A stretch of DNA of 64,000 nt from Thermodesulfobacteriota bacterium (GTDB lineage: Bacteria > Desulfobacterota_D > UBA1144 > Nemesobacterales > Nemesobacteraceae): positions 448,001-512,000 of the forward strand of contig OZ241855.1 in the NCBI GenBank assembly GCA_965202785.1, read 5' to 3'. The stretch's first letter is position 1; each line of letters begins with the position of its first letter. A program made the translations under genes and the position numbers. A model generated the notes under the pieces. It worked only from the letters and a program-made list of their open reading frames with translations. It ran no database searches and was not told the origin of the DNA. Shown here one piece after another: positions 44,045 through 53,018 of this stretch.

Positions 44045-44581
44045 TTATGACTCCTTCCCCTTGGCTATGACCAGAACGCCCACCATGGCTATCACCACAA
44101 GAACCGAGGTAAGCTCAAATGCGAGCAGATAATCACTGAAAAGAGATCTTCCCACTTCGGCCACGGTACCAAAATTCTCGGGATCCTCAAGTTTCGGAAA
44201 AACGACCGGAGAAGACGAGAAAAGTTTTGAGGCAAAAAATCCGACAACAACGATAAAGAGAAAAAGAAAGGTCATCCTCTTCGGTATGTTCATACTGTCA
44301 AATCTGAGCTCGCTGTCCCTTATATTGAGGAACATGACGGTAAAGAGAAAGAGGACCATTATCGCTCCTGCGTAAATCAGTATCTGTATCGCCGCGATGA
44401 AATGGGCGTGGAGAAGAACGAAAAGCACCGCGGTGGAAAAAAGAGTAAGAACGAGCGAAACAGCGCTTGAAACGGGGTTTTTATGGCTCACGACCATAAC
44501 GGCCCCGAGTACCGCAAGCGTAGAAAAAATATAGAAAAGGACAGTATGAGACAACGGGTTTTCCGGAAAGAGATTTGGCAA
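44045..44581 (-). CDS. nuoJ: NADH-quinone oxidoreductase subunit J (start may be TTG 44554)
   Basis: NPVSSA, QILIYAGAIMVLFLF, FELTS. Confidence 0.95.
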   Translation of the reverse strand: MPNLFPENPLSHTVLFYIFSTLAVLGAVMVVSHKNPVSSAVSLVLTLFSTAVLFVLLHAHFIAAIQILIYAGAIMVLFLFTVMFLNIRDSELRFDSMNIPKRMTFLFLFIVVVGFFASKLFSSSPVVFPKLEDPENFGTVAEVGRSLFSDYLLAFELTSVLVVIAMVGVLVIAKGKES

Positions 44582-44584
44582 TCA

Positions 44585-44612
44585 ATTATAGTTATAATGC
44601 GGGCAGAGTCAA
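44585..44612 (-). promoter_or_regulatory. sigma70-type promoter of nuoJKL
   Basis: TTGACT-N16-TATAAT. Confidence 0.55.
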
Positions 44613-44627
44613 ACCGGTCGAGGGGTT

Positions 44628-45296
44628 CTACCTGCTTCTGGAAACTCCTCTCTTCGGACAGTAACCACTCACGGGACAACGGCTGCAAAGAGGAGATAAG
44701 GGTCTGCAGATCTGCTGCCCCAGGGCGACTAGGAGAGAGTTATACTCTATCCAGTATCTGCGGGGCAGTTTCTCCCGAAGAGCCATCTCGGTTTCATAAG
44801 GACTTTTGGTATCCACGTAACCCCACCTGTTCGAAATCCTGTGCACGTGAATATCAACGCAGATAGCGGGCTTTCCGTACCCAAGAGAAAGAACCAGATT
44901 GGCGGTTTTTCTCCCGACTCCACGAAATTTTAAAAGCTCGTCAATGCTGTCCGGAACCTGACTGTCATATTCGTCTATCAGCTTTTCACATATCCCGATG
45001 ATGTTCTGTGCTTTTACCCTGTAAAAACCGACGGGATATATGAGATCTCTTACCCTTTTTTCCCCTAGCTCCAGAACCGCCCGCGGAGTCGAAGCTTCGC
45101 TGAAAAGTCTAGCGGAGGCCTCGGCCGTGGTCTCGTCTTTGGTTCTCAGGCTGAGTACGGTGGAAACAAGGACCCTGAAAGGACTTTTTGAGGAAACGGC
45201 CGTAAGCGTAACCACGGGAACATTCCATCCGGCGGCTTCTTTTCTAAGCACCCCCATCACCCTTCCAATGTTCTTACTCTCGAGTTTTGCGGTCAT
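44628..45296 (-). CDS. nth: endonuclease III
   Basis: GVGRKTANL HhH, VDIHVHR, C-x6-C-x2-C-x5-C. Confidence 0.95.
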   Translation of the reverse strand: MTAKLESKNIGRVMGVLRKEAAGWNVPVVTLTAVSSKSPFRVLVSTVLSLRTKDETTAEASARLFSEASTPRAVLELGEKRVRDLIYPVGFYRVKAQNIIGICEKLIDEYDSQVPDSIDELLKFRGVGRKTANLVLSLGYGKPAICVDIHVHRISNRWGYVDTKSPYETEMALREKLPRRYWIEYNSLLVALGQQICRPLSPLCSRCPVSGYCPKRGVSRSR

Positions 45297-45315
45297 TTCA
45301 GTCGGGAACGGGTCT

Positions 45316-46065
45316 TTACTGGATTCGGGAGTCTTCAGTGCCGCCGGCACACTTGCTTGCTATATCCTCCCATTTCTGGAAAAACACCTTAAGCGCAAGC
45401 TCAGCCTCACTGAAGTCAGACAGTGAGATAAGTTCCAGAATTCTCGCAACTTCCGGTACGCTGTTTTCATTTTTCAGCGTGTAGGGATGTATGTAATTGC
45501 AGATGTCGCCGTAATTAAGCACCAAGTAGCTTTGGGAATCGAACTGGACAAGCCATTTTCTAAGGTCTTCCAGACTTCGGTCAAGATTGCGCAGGAAAAC
45601 CTTAAGAGGATTAGCGGAGTCTTCTGACATAGTCTTTTCGATCTTTTCCCGCGAGGAAATCATCCTCCTTTTTGACAGCTCAAGAGTTGAGTTGTAATGA
45701 ATTGAGTTAAAGCCCCAGTGGGTATAAAAATTTCTCCTCCCTTCTTCAGAAAAAAGAAGAAACCATTCAAAGGGAACAACGTTTTCAGACGAAAAACAAT
45801 TAAGGGAATCAGAAGTGGGTGCAACAAAATAATTGCCAGCTTCATCCTTCATGAAAAGACAGTCGGGCAGATCTTCGTGGGGCAGATCAAGATGGTCTGA
45901 AAGTGCCTGGCGAAACGCACTGTACTCATTGCCGAACCATATTCCAAAAGGAGAAGTGGGGCCGCCCCAGTAACGTTCATAAAACTTAAGATACTTGCTC
46001 CAGTATTCAGATTTTTCTCTGAAAGAATCCAAAGGCTCGTACACTATAAGAGTACTGGAAGGCAT
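45316..46065 (-). CDS. conserved hypothetical protein
   Basis: 249-aa ORF with LIVYEPL..F, VPFEWF, WL.QF...SYLVLNYG blocks. Confidence 0.7.
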   Translation of the reverse strand: MPSSTLIVYEPLDSFREKSEYWSKYLKFYERYWGGPTSPFGIWFGNEYSAFRQALSDHLDLPHEDLPDCLFMKDEAGNYFVAPTSDSLNCFSSENVVPFEWFLLFSEEGRRNFYTHWGFNSIHYNSTLELSKRRMISSREKIEKTMSEDSANPLKVFLRNLDRSLEDLRKWLVQFDSQSYLVLNYGDICNYIHPYTLKNENSVPEVARILELISLSDFSEAELALKVFFQKWEDIASKCAGGTEDSRIQ

Positions 46066-46109
46066 TGCTTTATATTAGAAAACATGTTTACGGAAAAATC
46101 AATTCAGGC

Positions 46110-46151
46110 AAAAAAAAGAGGAGGGATAACCGTTAAGGCTTCCCTCCTCTT
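46110..46151 (-). terminator. intrinsic terminator after the ADC-like pair
   Basis: AAGAGGAGGGA/TCCCTCCTCTT stem with U8 tail on minus strand. Confidence 0.85.
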
Positions 46152-46201
46152 CTTTATTACTCATCAAGAACTCAGTGTCCTCAGACACCGGCTCTTCGCC
46201 A

Positions 46202-47173
46202 TTATCCCTGGCTATACTGCGGCAGCAGGAACCTGTGACGCATCGTGTACTCAAACGGCGTTGAGTATACTATATGACCCATGTCATCAGCTCCTCTCTC
46301 TACCGTGTTCGTCCAGATCGTCAACGCCGGCGGTATTATCAGGTTAAATGTGAAGCTTATCAACCCTACTACCTCCGTTGCCGGTATCTGACCACCCATG
46401 TAGTCAAACGGCGTCCCTGACATGAACCACGAACGTACATCCTCCGTAACAGCCGTCCTCACGCTCTCAGGATTCAGCTGGAAGCGGTGTCCCGTCCCGA
46501 ATCCCGGCGGAAGATCCGACGGCAGATACGTTACTTCATGGATACTGTTCGATACATCAGGCCTCGTCGTTATCCTGTAGTTCATCCTTCCCCAGTCGGT
46601 CTTGCCATAAAACGTAGGCCTGGCCGAAAGCGGACGGTCCGAATAACGTCCGTTCGCTGTGTGCAGTATGTAGCCTCTGCGCTCCATCAAGTGGTTGAAA
46701 TAGTTGTTGTTGGTACCATGCTCGAACCCGGCGATGTAAGCAGCTTTCTTCGGGAATCCGAATGGCTCCTTACCGGCAAAAATCGGGGAGTCGTTCGACA
46801 GATACATGTACGGATAGTAACCCGCTTTGTATATGTGTCCGCTTCCGTCATCCACCGTTGCCGAGAACGTTACGCCCATCTCCATGTATGGACCTAACAT
46901 CGTGTTCTTGTGTATTACGTACCAAAACTCTATTACATCATCCTGAACCTCGATCGGTTCCGGAACTACCGCTTTCATTGCATTGATGTCTGCCCTTATC
47001 ACATAGGCCATCCACCTGCTCTCTGTATACGTAAGCGGTATGATGTCGTAGTCGAACACTGGGTCCGCTACTCCCTGACTGATTATGTGGATCCTGTCCC
47101 TGTCCAATGGTAATGGTGGAACTTCTCCCTCATCCAGCCAAGGATAACTGTACTCATTTGCATGTAATCCCAT
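46202..47173 (-). CDS. acetoacetate decarboxylase-like superfamily protein, paralog B
   Basis: GPYMEMG, YYPYMYL, AGKEPFGFPKK; AAGGAGG RBS. Confidence 0.8.
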   Translation of the reverse strand: MGLHANEYSYPWLDEGEVPPLPLDRDRIHIISQGVADPVFDYDIIPLTYTESRWMAYVIRADINAMKAVVPEPIEVQDDVIEFWYVIHKNTMLGPYMEMGVTFSATVDDGSGHIYKAGYYPYMYLSNDSPIFAGKEPFGFPKKAAYIAGFEHGTNNNYFNHLMERRGYILHTANGRYSDRPLSARPTFYGKTDWGRMNYRITTRPDVSNSIHEVTYLPSDLPPGFGTGHRFQLNPESVRTAVTEDVRSWFMSGTPFDYMGGQIPATEVVGLISFTFNLIIPPALTIWTNTVERGADDMGHIVYSTPFEYTMRHRFLLPQYSQG

Positions 47174-47204
47174 TATGGTTTTACCTCCTTAAATCTTTTT
47201 TATC

Positions 47205-48185
47205 TTATGAACCCTGACTGATCGGGAACTGCTGCCTCAATCCATACTTGTATGGCGTGGCATATCCACGATAACTTGCCGGCCTCTCATATGTCTCCGT
47301 CCATAGCACTACCGCTGGCGGTATTACAAGATCGAACACAAACGAGATCAATCCAGTTACTTCCTGAATCTTCAGCTCCGCTCCCATGTTGTCAAACGGA
47401 GTGGCCTGCATGAACCAGTTTATCGCGTCTCCGCTTGCTGTCCTGGTGTGCTCAGGCTTAATCTTGAACCTGTGTCCCGTTATCATGCTGTCAAACGGAG
47501 GCGGCAACGCCGATGGCAGATATGTCAGCTGCCACTCCGAACTCGATACGTCCGGACGCGTTATGACCTTCATGTTGAACTTACCCCAGTCCGTCTTACC
47601 GTAGAAATACGGAGGTGTTACCTGCTTGTCGTCGAACTGTCCTGTCGCGCTGTGCATCAGGTAACCGTTACGACTCATTGCAAATCCAAAGAAATCCGTG
47701 CCCTTCTCTCCACCATGTACCGTACATCTGATGTAGGACATCTTCTTTGGAAATCCAAGTACACGACCAGCGTCCACTGGCGCGTCACCCGTAAGATACA
47801 TATACGGATAGTATCCCGCTCTCCACACGTTCCCGTCAGGATCCGTGTATGATGCCGATACCGTTACGCCAAACTCAAGATATGGACCTAACATCGTGTT
47901 CTTGTGATCCACATACCAAAACTCTACCAGGTCCGCATTCTCGCCATCCCATACCTGCAACGGGGGATTCGGGCACAGACGACTCCGAGTTGCCTCGTCG
48001 CACCTTACTACAAATGCTGACCACCTGCTGTCCGTGTATGTCAGCGGCAGCACGTCTATGTCCCACAGCGGATCCGACGGATTCGCTATGATCCATGACT
48101 TGATATCCCGCTCTATCGGAGGGGGCGGGACCTCTTTCGTCAACTCCCAGTACTTCGTTGGGACGTTTAAATGACTATGGCTCAT
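47205..48185 (-). CDS. acetoacetate decarboxylase-like superfamily protein, paralog A
   Basis: GPYLEFG, YYPYMYL, AGRVLGFPKK; AAGGAGG RBS. Confidence 0.8.
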   Translation of the reverse strand: MSHSHLNVPTKYWELTKEVPPPPIERDIKSWIIANPSDPLWDIDVLPLTYTDSRWSAFVVRCDEATRSRLCPNPPLQVWDGENADLVEFWYVDHKNTMLGPYLEFGVTVSASYTDPDGNVWRAGYYPYMYLTGDAPVDAGRVLGFPKKMSYIRCTVHGGEKGTDFFGFAMSRNGYLMHSATGQFDDKQVTPPYFYGKTDWGKFNMKVITRPDVSSSEWQLTYLPSALPPPFDSMITGHRFKIKPEHTRTASGDAINWFMQATPFDNMGAELKIQEVTGLISFVFDLVIPPAVVLWTETYERPASYRGYATPYKYGLRQQFPISQGS

Positions 48186-48322
48186 ATTCTAAGCCTCCTT
48201 ACTGTAGATTTGGGCCAAAACTTACCACCCATTCCATACCTCTTTAACACCCTATCTTCCCCTGTTGATAGAATGTTGGTAGCTCTGTTGGATGCGAATA
48301 GACGCAACCTCACCCGATTTAC

Positions 48323-48369
48323 ATTCAATCAAATCTCATACCCTTTTGTCAAGCACTTTTTTTCATACC
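48323..48369 (-). promoter_or_regulatory. promoter of the ADC-like pair with GGTATGA direct repeats flanking the -35
   Basis: TTGACA-N18-TTGAAT preceded by TG; GGTATGA at 48336-48342 and 48363-48369. Confidence 0.5.
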
Positions 48370-48458
48370 TAAAGCAGAGTTTTCGGTTCCTGCGGTAACA
48401 ACCTGTAAACTCACCAATTTTACAGAATATCTGGAACTAAAATTATGAAGCAAAAAGG

Positions 48459-48839
48459 TTAAAACAGCCAGGGAGGCAGGTCTTTTAAGCCTCTCATCAT
48501 CCTGATTCGAAGCTCATTTTCGTCCGGAATGTCTTTCCTGTCGAATTTTACGTTCTTAAGACAGGCAAGCATCGCCCGGATAATGCTGTTTTTTGTTATT
48601 CTCTCCTTTCTGTTCTCCTTGGAACGGTTTTTCATTATCTCTCTTTCGAGCTTCTGGAGAAATTCGAAGTCTTCGCTGCTTATCCTTAACGTAAAGACGT
48701 CAAAGGTTTGGTATTTCGGCAGCGTCTCGGGCTTCGAATCCCGTGGAGTGCCCGTAATACCGTCCTGAATGGCTTTTTCCTCAGGCGGTCTTATCCAGAT
48801 ATTCGGGTTTACTCCCTCGTTCGTCTTCTCATCAGGCAT
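48459..48839 (-). CDS. hypothetical protein, ParG/ribbon-helix-helix-like
   Basis: AAGGAGG then ATG 48839; upstream TGGTATAAT; FTLRIS..DFEFL...ERITKNSIIRA. Confidence 0.6.
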   Translation of the reverse strand: MPDEKTNEGVNPNIWIRPPEEKAIQDGITGTPRDSKPETLPKYQTFDVFTLRISSEDFEFLQKLEREIMKNRSKENRKERITKNSIIRAMLACLKNVKFDRKDIPDENELRIRMMRGLKDLPPWLF

Positions 48840-49028
48840 GCCATTCCTCCTTATTTGTCCAAAACAATCTTTTACAAGCCAATTATACCACAAAAACCTT
48901 AAGTTAAGAACTTCATTATTTTAATTTCATCAAAATCCCAAAAGAAAAATTGGTCCTGCAGGCTCTACTGGTCTCCGTTTCTGAGAGGGTTTGCACAGCT
49001 GGATTAAGACGAGGACGAATTGCCCGGA

Positions 49029-49237
49029 ATAGACTGTCAATAAGAGCTAATCGTGTCACAGTAAAACAAGATAGACTGTCAGTTTTTAAGACATGAGAAC
49101 AATTCTGGAAAGATAAGCCGTCCCTGATGGTCCTAAAACAGCGAAAAATCGGGCTGACTTACAATGATAAGAAGTTATTTACTTCGTAAGTTAAGACAAA
49201 GAGCCTGAATTCCTCTCGGCCAAAATTATGCTTGACA
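49029..49237 (+). promoter_or_regulatory. putative sigma54 promoter plus enhancer repeats (overlapping a sigma70 -35) for the AmiS/UreI gene
   Basis: GG-N10-GC at 49218-49231; ATAGACTGTCA repeated at 49029 and 49071; TGTC-N9-GACA 49077-49093; TTGACA 49232. Confidence 0.45.
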
Positions 49238-49317
49238 TTGAGTGCCGATCTGTGATAGAAACTGTAATAAGCCCTGATGTAGAGGGCAAGGAACGGTTAT
49301 GATTTCATACAGGAGGT

Positions 49318-49851
49318 ATGGTTAGTATGGTTCCAATAGAAGCTTTGTTAGGTTACGTTTTGCTGCTCGTAGGGTTTGTGTTCTTCGCGAACGGAATGAC
49401 CCTTTTGGGTAAAACCGGAGCGAAGGAAGTGGGCGTGCTCAATCTCGGAGTCGGCGTTCTTATAGCGATTGCCGCTTGGAAGCTGCACACCCTGGGTCTT
49501 ACGGCGGCTACCGCGCTTGTATCGGTATTTGCATTGATATACCTGATAGTCTACGCGGTATTCGTACACGGACATGACGCGAAAGGGCTTGGAGTGTACT
49601 GTCTTTTCGCAACGGTGGTGTTCATATGGTACGGGGCTCATTTCCAGGCACTTGGGCTTGCGTACTTTGCGTACTTCTGCTGGGCATGGGCTTTACTAGT
49701 ACTTCTTTGCTTCTTTGCGTTCTCGCAGGGCAAGGATCTTGGCAAGCCGATAGCCTATCTGTTCATAATAGAGTCGATAGTGACTCTGTTGATACCGGGA
49801 ATGCTTCTGCTTACAGAGAAGTGGAATCCTCTCGGTGGAGTACCAGGCTAA
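49318..49851 (+). CDS. AmiS/UreI-family small-solute channel
   Basis: LLLVGFVFFANG..LLGK..AKEVGVLNL.VG, FALIYL, KGLGVYCLF, WAWA, TLLIPG; about 6 TM. Confidence 0.88.
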   Translation: MVSMVPIEALLGYVLLLVGFVFFANGMTLLGKTGAKEVGVLNLGVGVLIAIAAWKLHTLGLTAATALVSVFALIYLIVYAVFVHGHDAKGLGVYCLFATVVFIWYGAHFQALGLAYFAYFCWAWALLVLLCFFAFSQGKDLGKPIAYLFIIESIVTLLIPGMLLLTEKWNPLGGVPG

Positions 49852-49880
49852 GATTCATAATTTTTAGCTGATTTACCAAT

Positions 49881-49928
49881 AACGGGCAGCAGGGAATTAT
49901 AAGAAATTCTCTCTGCCCGTTGTTTTTT
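49881..49928 (+). terminator. intrinsic terminator after the AmiS/UreI gene
   Basis: AACGGGCAG...CTGCCCGTT hairpin followed by a T-run. Confidence 0.75.
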
Positions 49929-50022
49929 GTCTTTCCCTTTCTTCGCTAGTCCCTTAAAACAAAGCGGTTTGATATAATCTGCTTTATGATTGATAATACA
50001 GTTTCCGGGACGGTGATCTGAA

Positions 50023-52962
50023 TTGTCTGAAAAAATCCCTAGGTTTCTCAAAAACGGGTACTTGGCGCTTGCCTTGGGAACCGTTATCGCCCTGTCTTTT
50101 TTTCTTGTCGCCGAGCCGGTCAGTCTTGACCGCAAATACAACAGTCAGAGCATAAAAATTGCCGAAGACACCCTTAAGCACGTAAACAAGTTTTATCTGG
50201 ACAAAAACAAGATCGACTATGCGAAAATGCTTGAAAAAGGGGTTTCCAGCCTTGAAACCTTTCTTGACGACGTACTGGTGGAATTTCCACAAGACCAGGG
50301 TGACGTCTTCGCCGTTCACGTAAAAGAGAAAGCAAAGAAATTCAAAGAAAAAGAGTCGCCATCCCCAAACGACGTCACAAGCACTCTGGGCCAAGTCGTG
50401 TCTTTTGTCCTTTCTAACACGGGAACCGAAGACCGCACCGTCAAAAACATAGAATATTCCATATCGGACAGCATGCTGAAGGTTCTTGACCCCCATTCTG
50501 CGATGATTCCGCCGGATATCTACAAGGAGTTTCTCATAGACACCGAAGGAAGTTTCGGAGGACTCGGAATAGTGGTCGGCATAAGAGACGGCCAGTTGAC
50601 CGTCATATCTCCGATAGAAGGCACACCGGCTTACAGGTCAGGGATAAAAACCAAAGATCGGATTGTACAGATAGAAAACGAGTCGACCATAAACATGCCT
50701 CTTCTCGAAGCTGTAGGGAAACTAAGAGGGAAGAAAGGAACCAGAGTAAACCTTCTCATCTCGAGAAAAAATTTTTCCAAGCCCCGAAAATTTTCGATAG
50801 TAAGAGACACAATAAAGATAGAAAGCGTCGAAGGGTTTGACCTTGAAAATGACATTCTTTACCTGAGAATAAGAAATTTCCAGAAAAACACGTCTTCGGA
50901 TCTAAAAAAAGAGATAAGCAGCCGTTCTCACTCAATTAACGGAATAATCCTCGATCTCAGAGGAAACCCAGGAGGTCTTCTCTCAGAGGCAGAAAAAGTA
51001 GCCGACCTCTTCCTCTCCTCGGGAACGATAATGACAACTAAAGCAAGGGACTATGCCAAGACCTACAGAGCGACGACAAAGCAGCCTGAGTACAAGGGAA
51101 AGGTGTTAGTGCTCGTGGACCAAGGAAGCGCAAGCGCGTCAGAAATAGTAGCCGGGGCGCTTAAAAACAACAAAAGAGCACTTGTGATAGGAAAAAGGTC
51201 TTTCGGCAAGGGATCGGTCCAGAAGGTTTTCGAGTTCGAAGACGGCGCCGCGCTGAAACTCACAATAGCAAAGTATCTTACCCCGGGCAATATCTCCATC
51301 CAGGACAGCGGCATAACCCCCGACATTTTTCTTCAGGGATCAGTGATAACCGAAGATAAAGTCGTCTATAATCCTTTGCCCGAAAAAAGAGAAAACGGGG
51401 AGGAGGCAGATCTGCCAATCCCCGAATTCACGATCAAGTACATCGATGAGAGTCTGGCACCCCAAGAAGAAGACGAGGAGGAGATCCAGCCGGACGAATC
51501 GCTTACGAAAGCACAAAAACTTGAGAAGCTGAAGAATGATTTTTACGTAAAACTTTCAAGCAGGATGCTTCTGGCGGAGACTAGGGAACAGATGTATGCA
51601 ACAGCTACCGATTTTTCCAACGTTCAGCTTGAAGAAATCAGAACACGGATTGAAGATACAGGAATCGACTGGTCCGCCGGTGAAACAAAAAAGCCTTCCG
51701 TATCGGTCCAAACGGTTCCCTCGAAAACAGTTTTCCGGGCCGGAGAAGAGAGTTTTCTTAAGATAAAGGTGACAAATTCCGGTCCCGACCCGATATACAG
51801 GCTCAGTGCTGTTACCGACTGTGAGAACCGCATTTACAGCGATGGAGAGCTTCTGTTCGGGAAACTGCTCCCTGGGCAGAGCAAGATCTCAAGAGTTAAG
51901 TTTTCCGTTCCCAAATGGGCCACCACCAGAGAGGACAGTATCAATCTCATTTTCACGAGTTCAGGGAACAAAACCTTTACGGAAGAGAACCTGCTCGTAA
52001 AAACCATGGCGGACAAGCGTCCCGTATATTCCCATAACCACGAAGTAGTGGACGACGGGAGATTCGGAAGCCAAGGCAACGGAAACGGGCACGCGGAACT
52101 TGAAGAAACGATAGTACTCAGCATAAAATTGAAAAACATCGGAGACGGAACATCTGAAAAGACGGTCGCAACTCTTAAGAATCTTTCGGGTAACGACGTG
52201 TTTCTTGAGAAAGGAAGGGTTGAGCTTGAGAACTTCCGTTCAGGGGAAACCAGACTCGCGCCTTTTCGCTTCAGGCAGAGCGGGGAAGTTGGCGAAACGG
52301 AATTTGAGCTTCTCATAATGGATGAGGACTTCCGGGAAATAAAAACACAGAAAATAATCTTGCCTGTCTCCGCGCAGGAAAGACCATTTTCCCCCACTTC
52401 CGCAAAGAAAACTGCCCTGTTCAAAGACTCAAGCTCCATACTTGGGGGAACTTTCCCTGCAGCCCCCGAAGTGGCTGTGGCACAGAGAAATTCCATGGTA
52501 AAAATTCTCGGCACTTCAGGGCGATGGATACGGGTTGAAGGGAAAAATTCTCTAGCAGGCTGGGTTGAAGAAAAAGCCATCAAGGTTGCTCGGGCAAGCT
52601 ACGACGGTCCGTCCGGTGAATCGTCGGATGAGGACAGAACCGATGACGCGGGGCAGGAGATTTCAGTTCTTGAAGAAACCTTTGAAGAACCTCCTTTCAT
52701 CATGATTTCGGATTTCCCCATGTCCACGGAAGCTTCCAAGATAACAGTGGAAGGATCGGTCAGGGACACTGACCGCATAGAGAGCGTCTCGGTTTGGAAA
52801 AAAGACGACAAGGTAAAGCTTTTTACACCGGGGAAAAACAATGTTCCCCTGCTTTTTCCCTTAACTCTCGAAGAAGGAATGAATCTTTTCACTATAGTGG
52901 CCAAGGATGAAAAGGGCATGACATCCAGAAGAACCCTGGCCATAAGAAAAGATCTTTCCTGA
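50023..52962 (+). CDS. large S41 carboxyl-terminal peptidase (PDZ + S41 + long C-terminal extension; MXAN_5808-like)
   Basis: LDPHS, FGGLG, LDLRGNPGG, SASASEI, SFGKGSVQ. Confidence 0.88.
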   Translation: MSEKIPRFLKNGYLALALGTVIALSFFLVAEPVSLDRKYNSQSIKIAEDTLKHVNKFYLDKNKIDYAKMLEKGVSSLETFLDDVLVEFPQDQGDVFAVHVKEKAKKFKEKESPSPNDVTSTLGQVVSFVLSNTGTEDRTVKNIEYSISDSMLKVLDPHSAMIPPDIYKEFLIDTEGSFGGLGIVVGIRDGQLTVISPIEGTPAYRSGIKTKDRIVQIENESTINMPLLEAVGKLRGKKGTRVNLLISRKNFSKPRKFSIVRDTIKIESVEGFDLENDILYLRIRNFQKNTSSDLKKEISSRSHSINGIILDLRGNPGGLLSEAEKVADLFLSSGTIMTTKARDYAKTYRATTKQPEYKGKVLVLVDQGSASASEIVAGALKNNKRALVIGKRSFGKGSVQKVFEFEDGAALKLTIAKYLTPGNISIQDSGITPDIFLQGSVITEDKVVYNPLPEKRENGEEADLPIPEFTIKYIDESLAPQEEDEEEIQPDESLTKAQKLEKLKNDFYVKLSSRMLLAETREQMYATATDFSNVQLEEIRTRIEDTGIDWSAGETKKPSVSVQTVPSKTVFRAGEESFLKIKVTNSGPDPIYRLSAVTDCENRIYSDGELLFGKLLPGQSKISRVKFSVPKWATTREDSINLIFTSSGNKTFTEENLLVKTMADKRPVYSHNHEVVDDGRFGSQGNGNGHAELEETIVLSIKLKNIGDGTSEKTVATLKNLSGNDVFLEKGRVELENFRSGETRLAPFRFRQSGEVGETEFELLIMDEDFREIKTQKIILPVSAQERPFSPTSAKKTALFKDSSSILGGTFPAAPEVAVAQRNSMVKILGTSGRWIRVEGKNSLAGWVEEKAIKVARASYDGPSGESSDEDRTDDAGQEISVLEETFEEPPFIMISDFPMSTEASKITVEGSVRDTDRIESVSVWKKDDKVKLFTPGKNNVPLLFPLTLEEGMNLFTIVAKDEKGMTSRRTLAIRKDLS

Positions 52963-53018
52963 ATTTAGGATATTTATCGCGCACCGAAGACCGCAGATGG
53001 AGTCCAGGGGGCGGAGTA

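Noticed and set aside
49128-49142. Second GG-N10-GC upstream of the AmiS/UreI gene
   Set aside because: Poor match outside the dinucleotides; such spacing arises by chance
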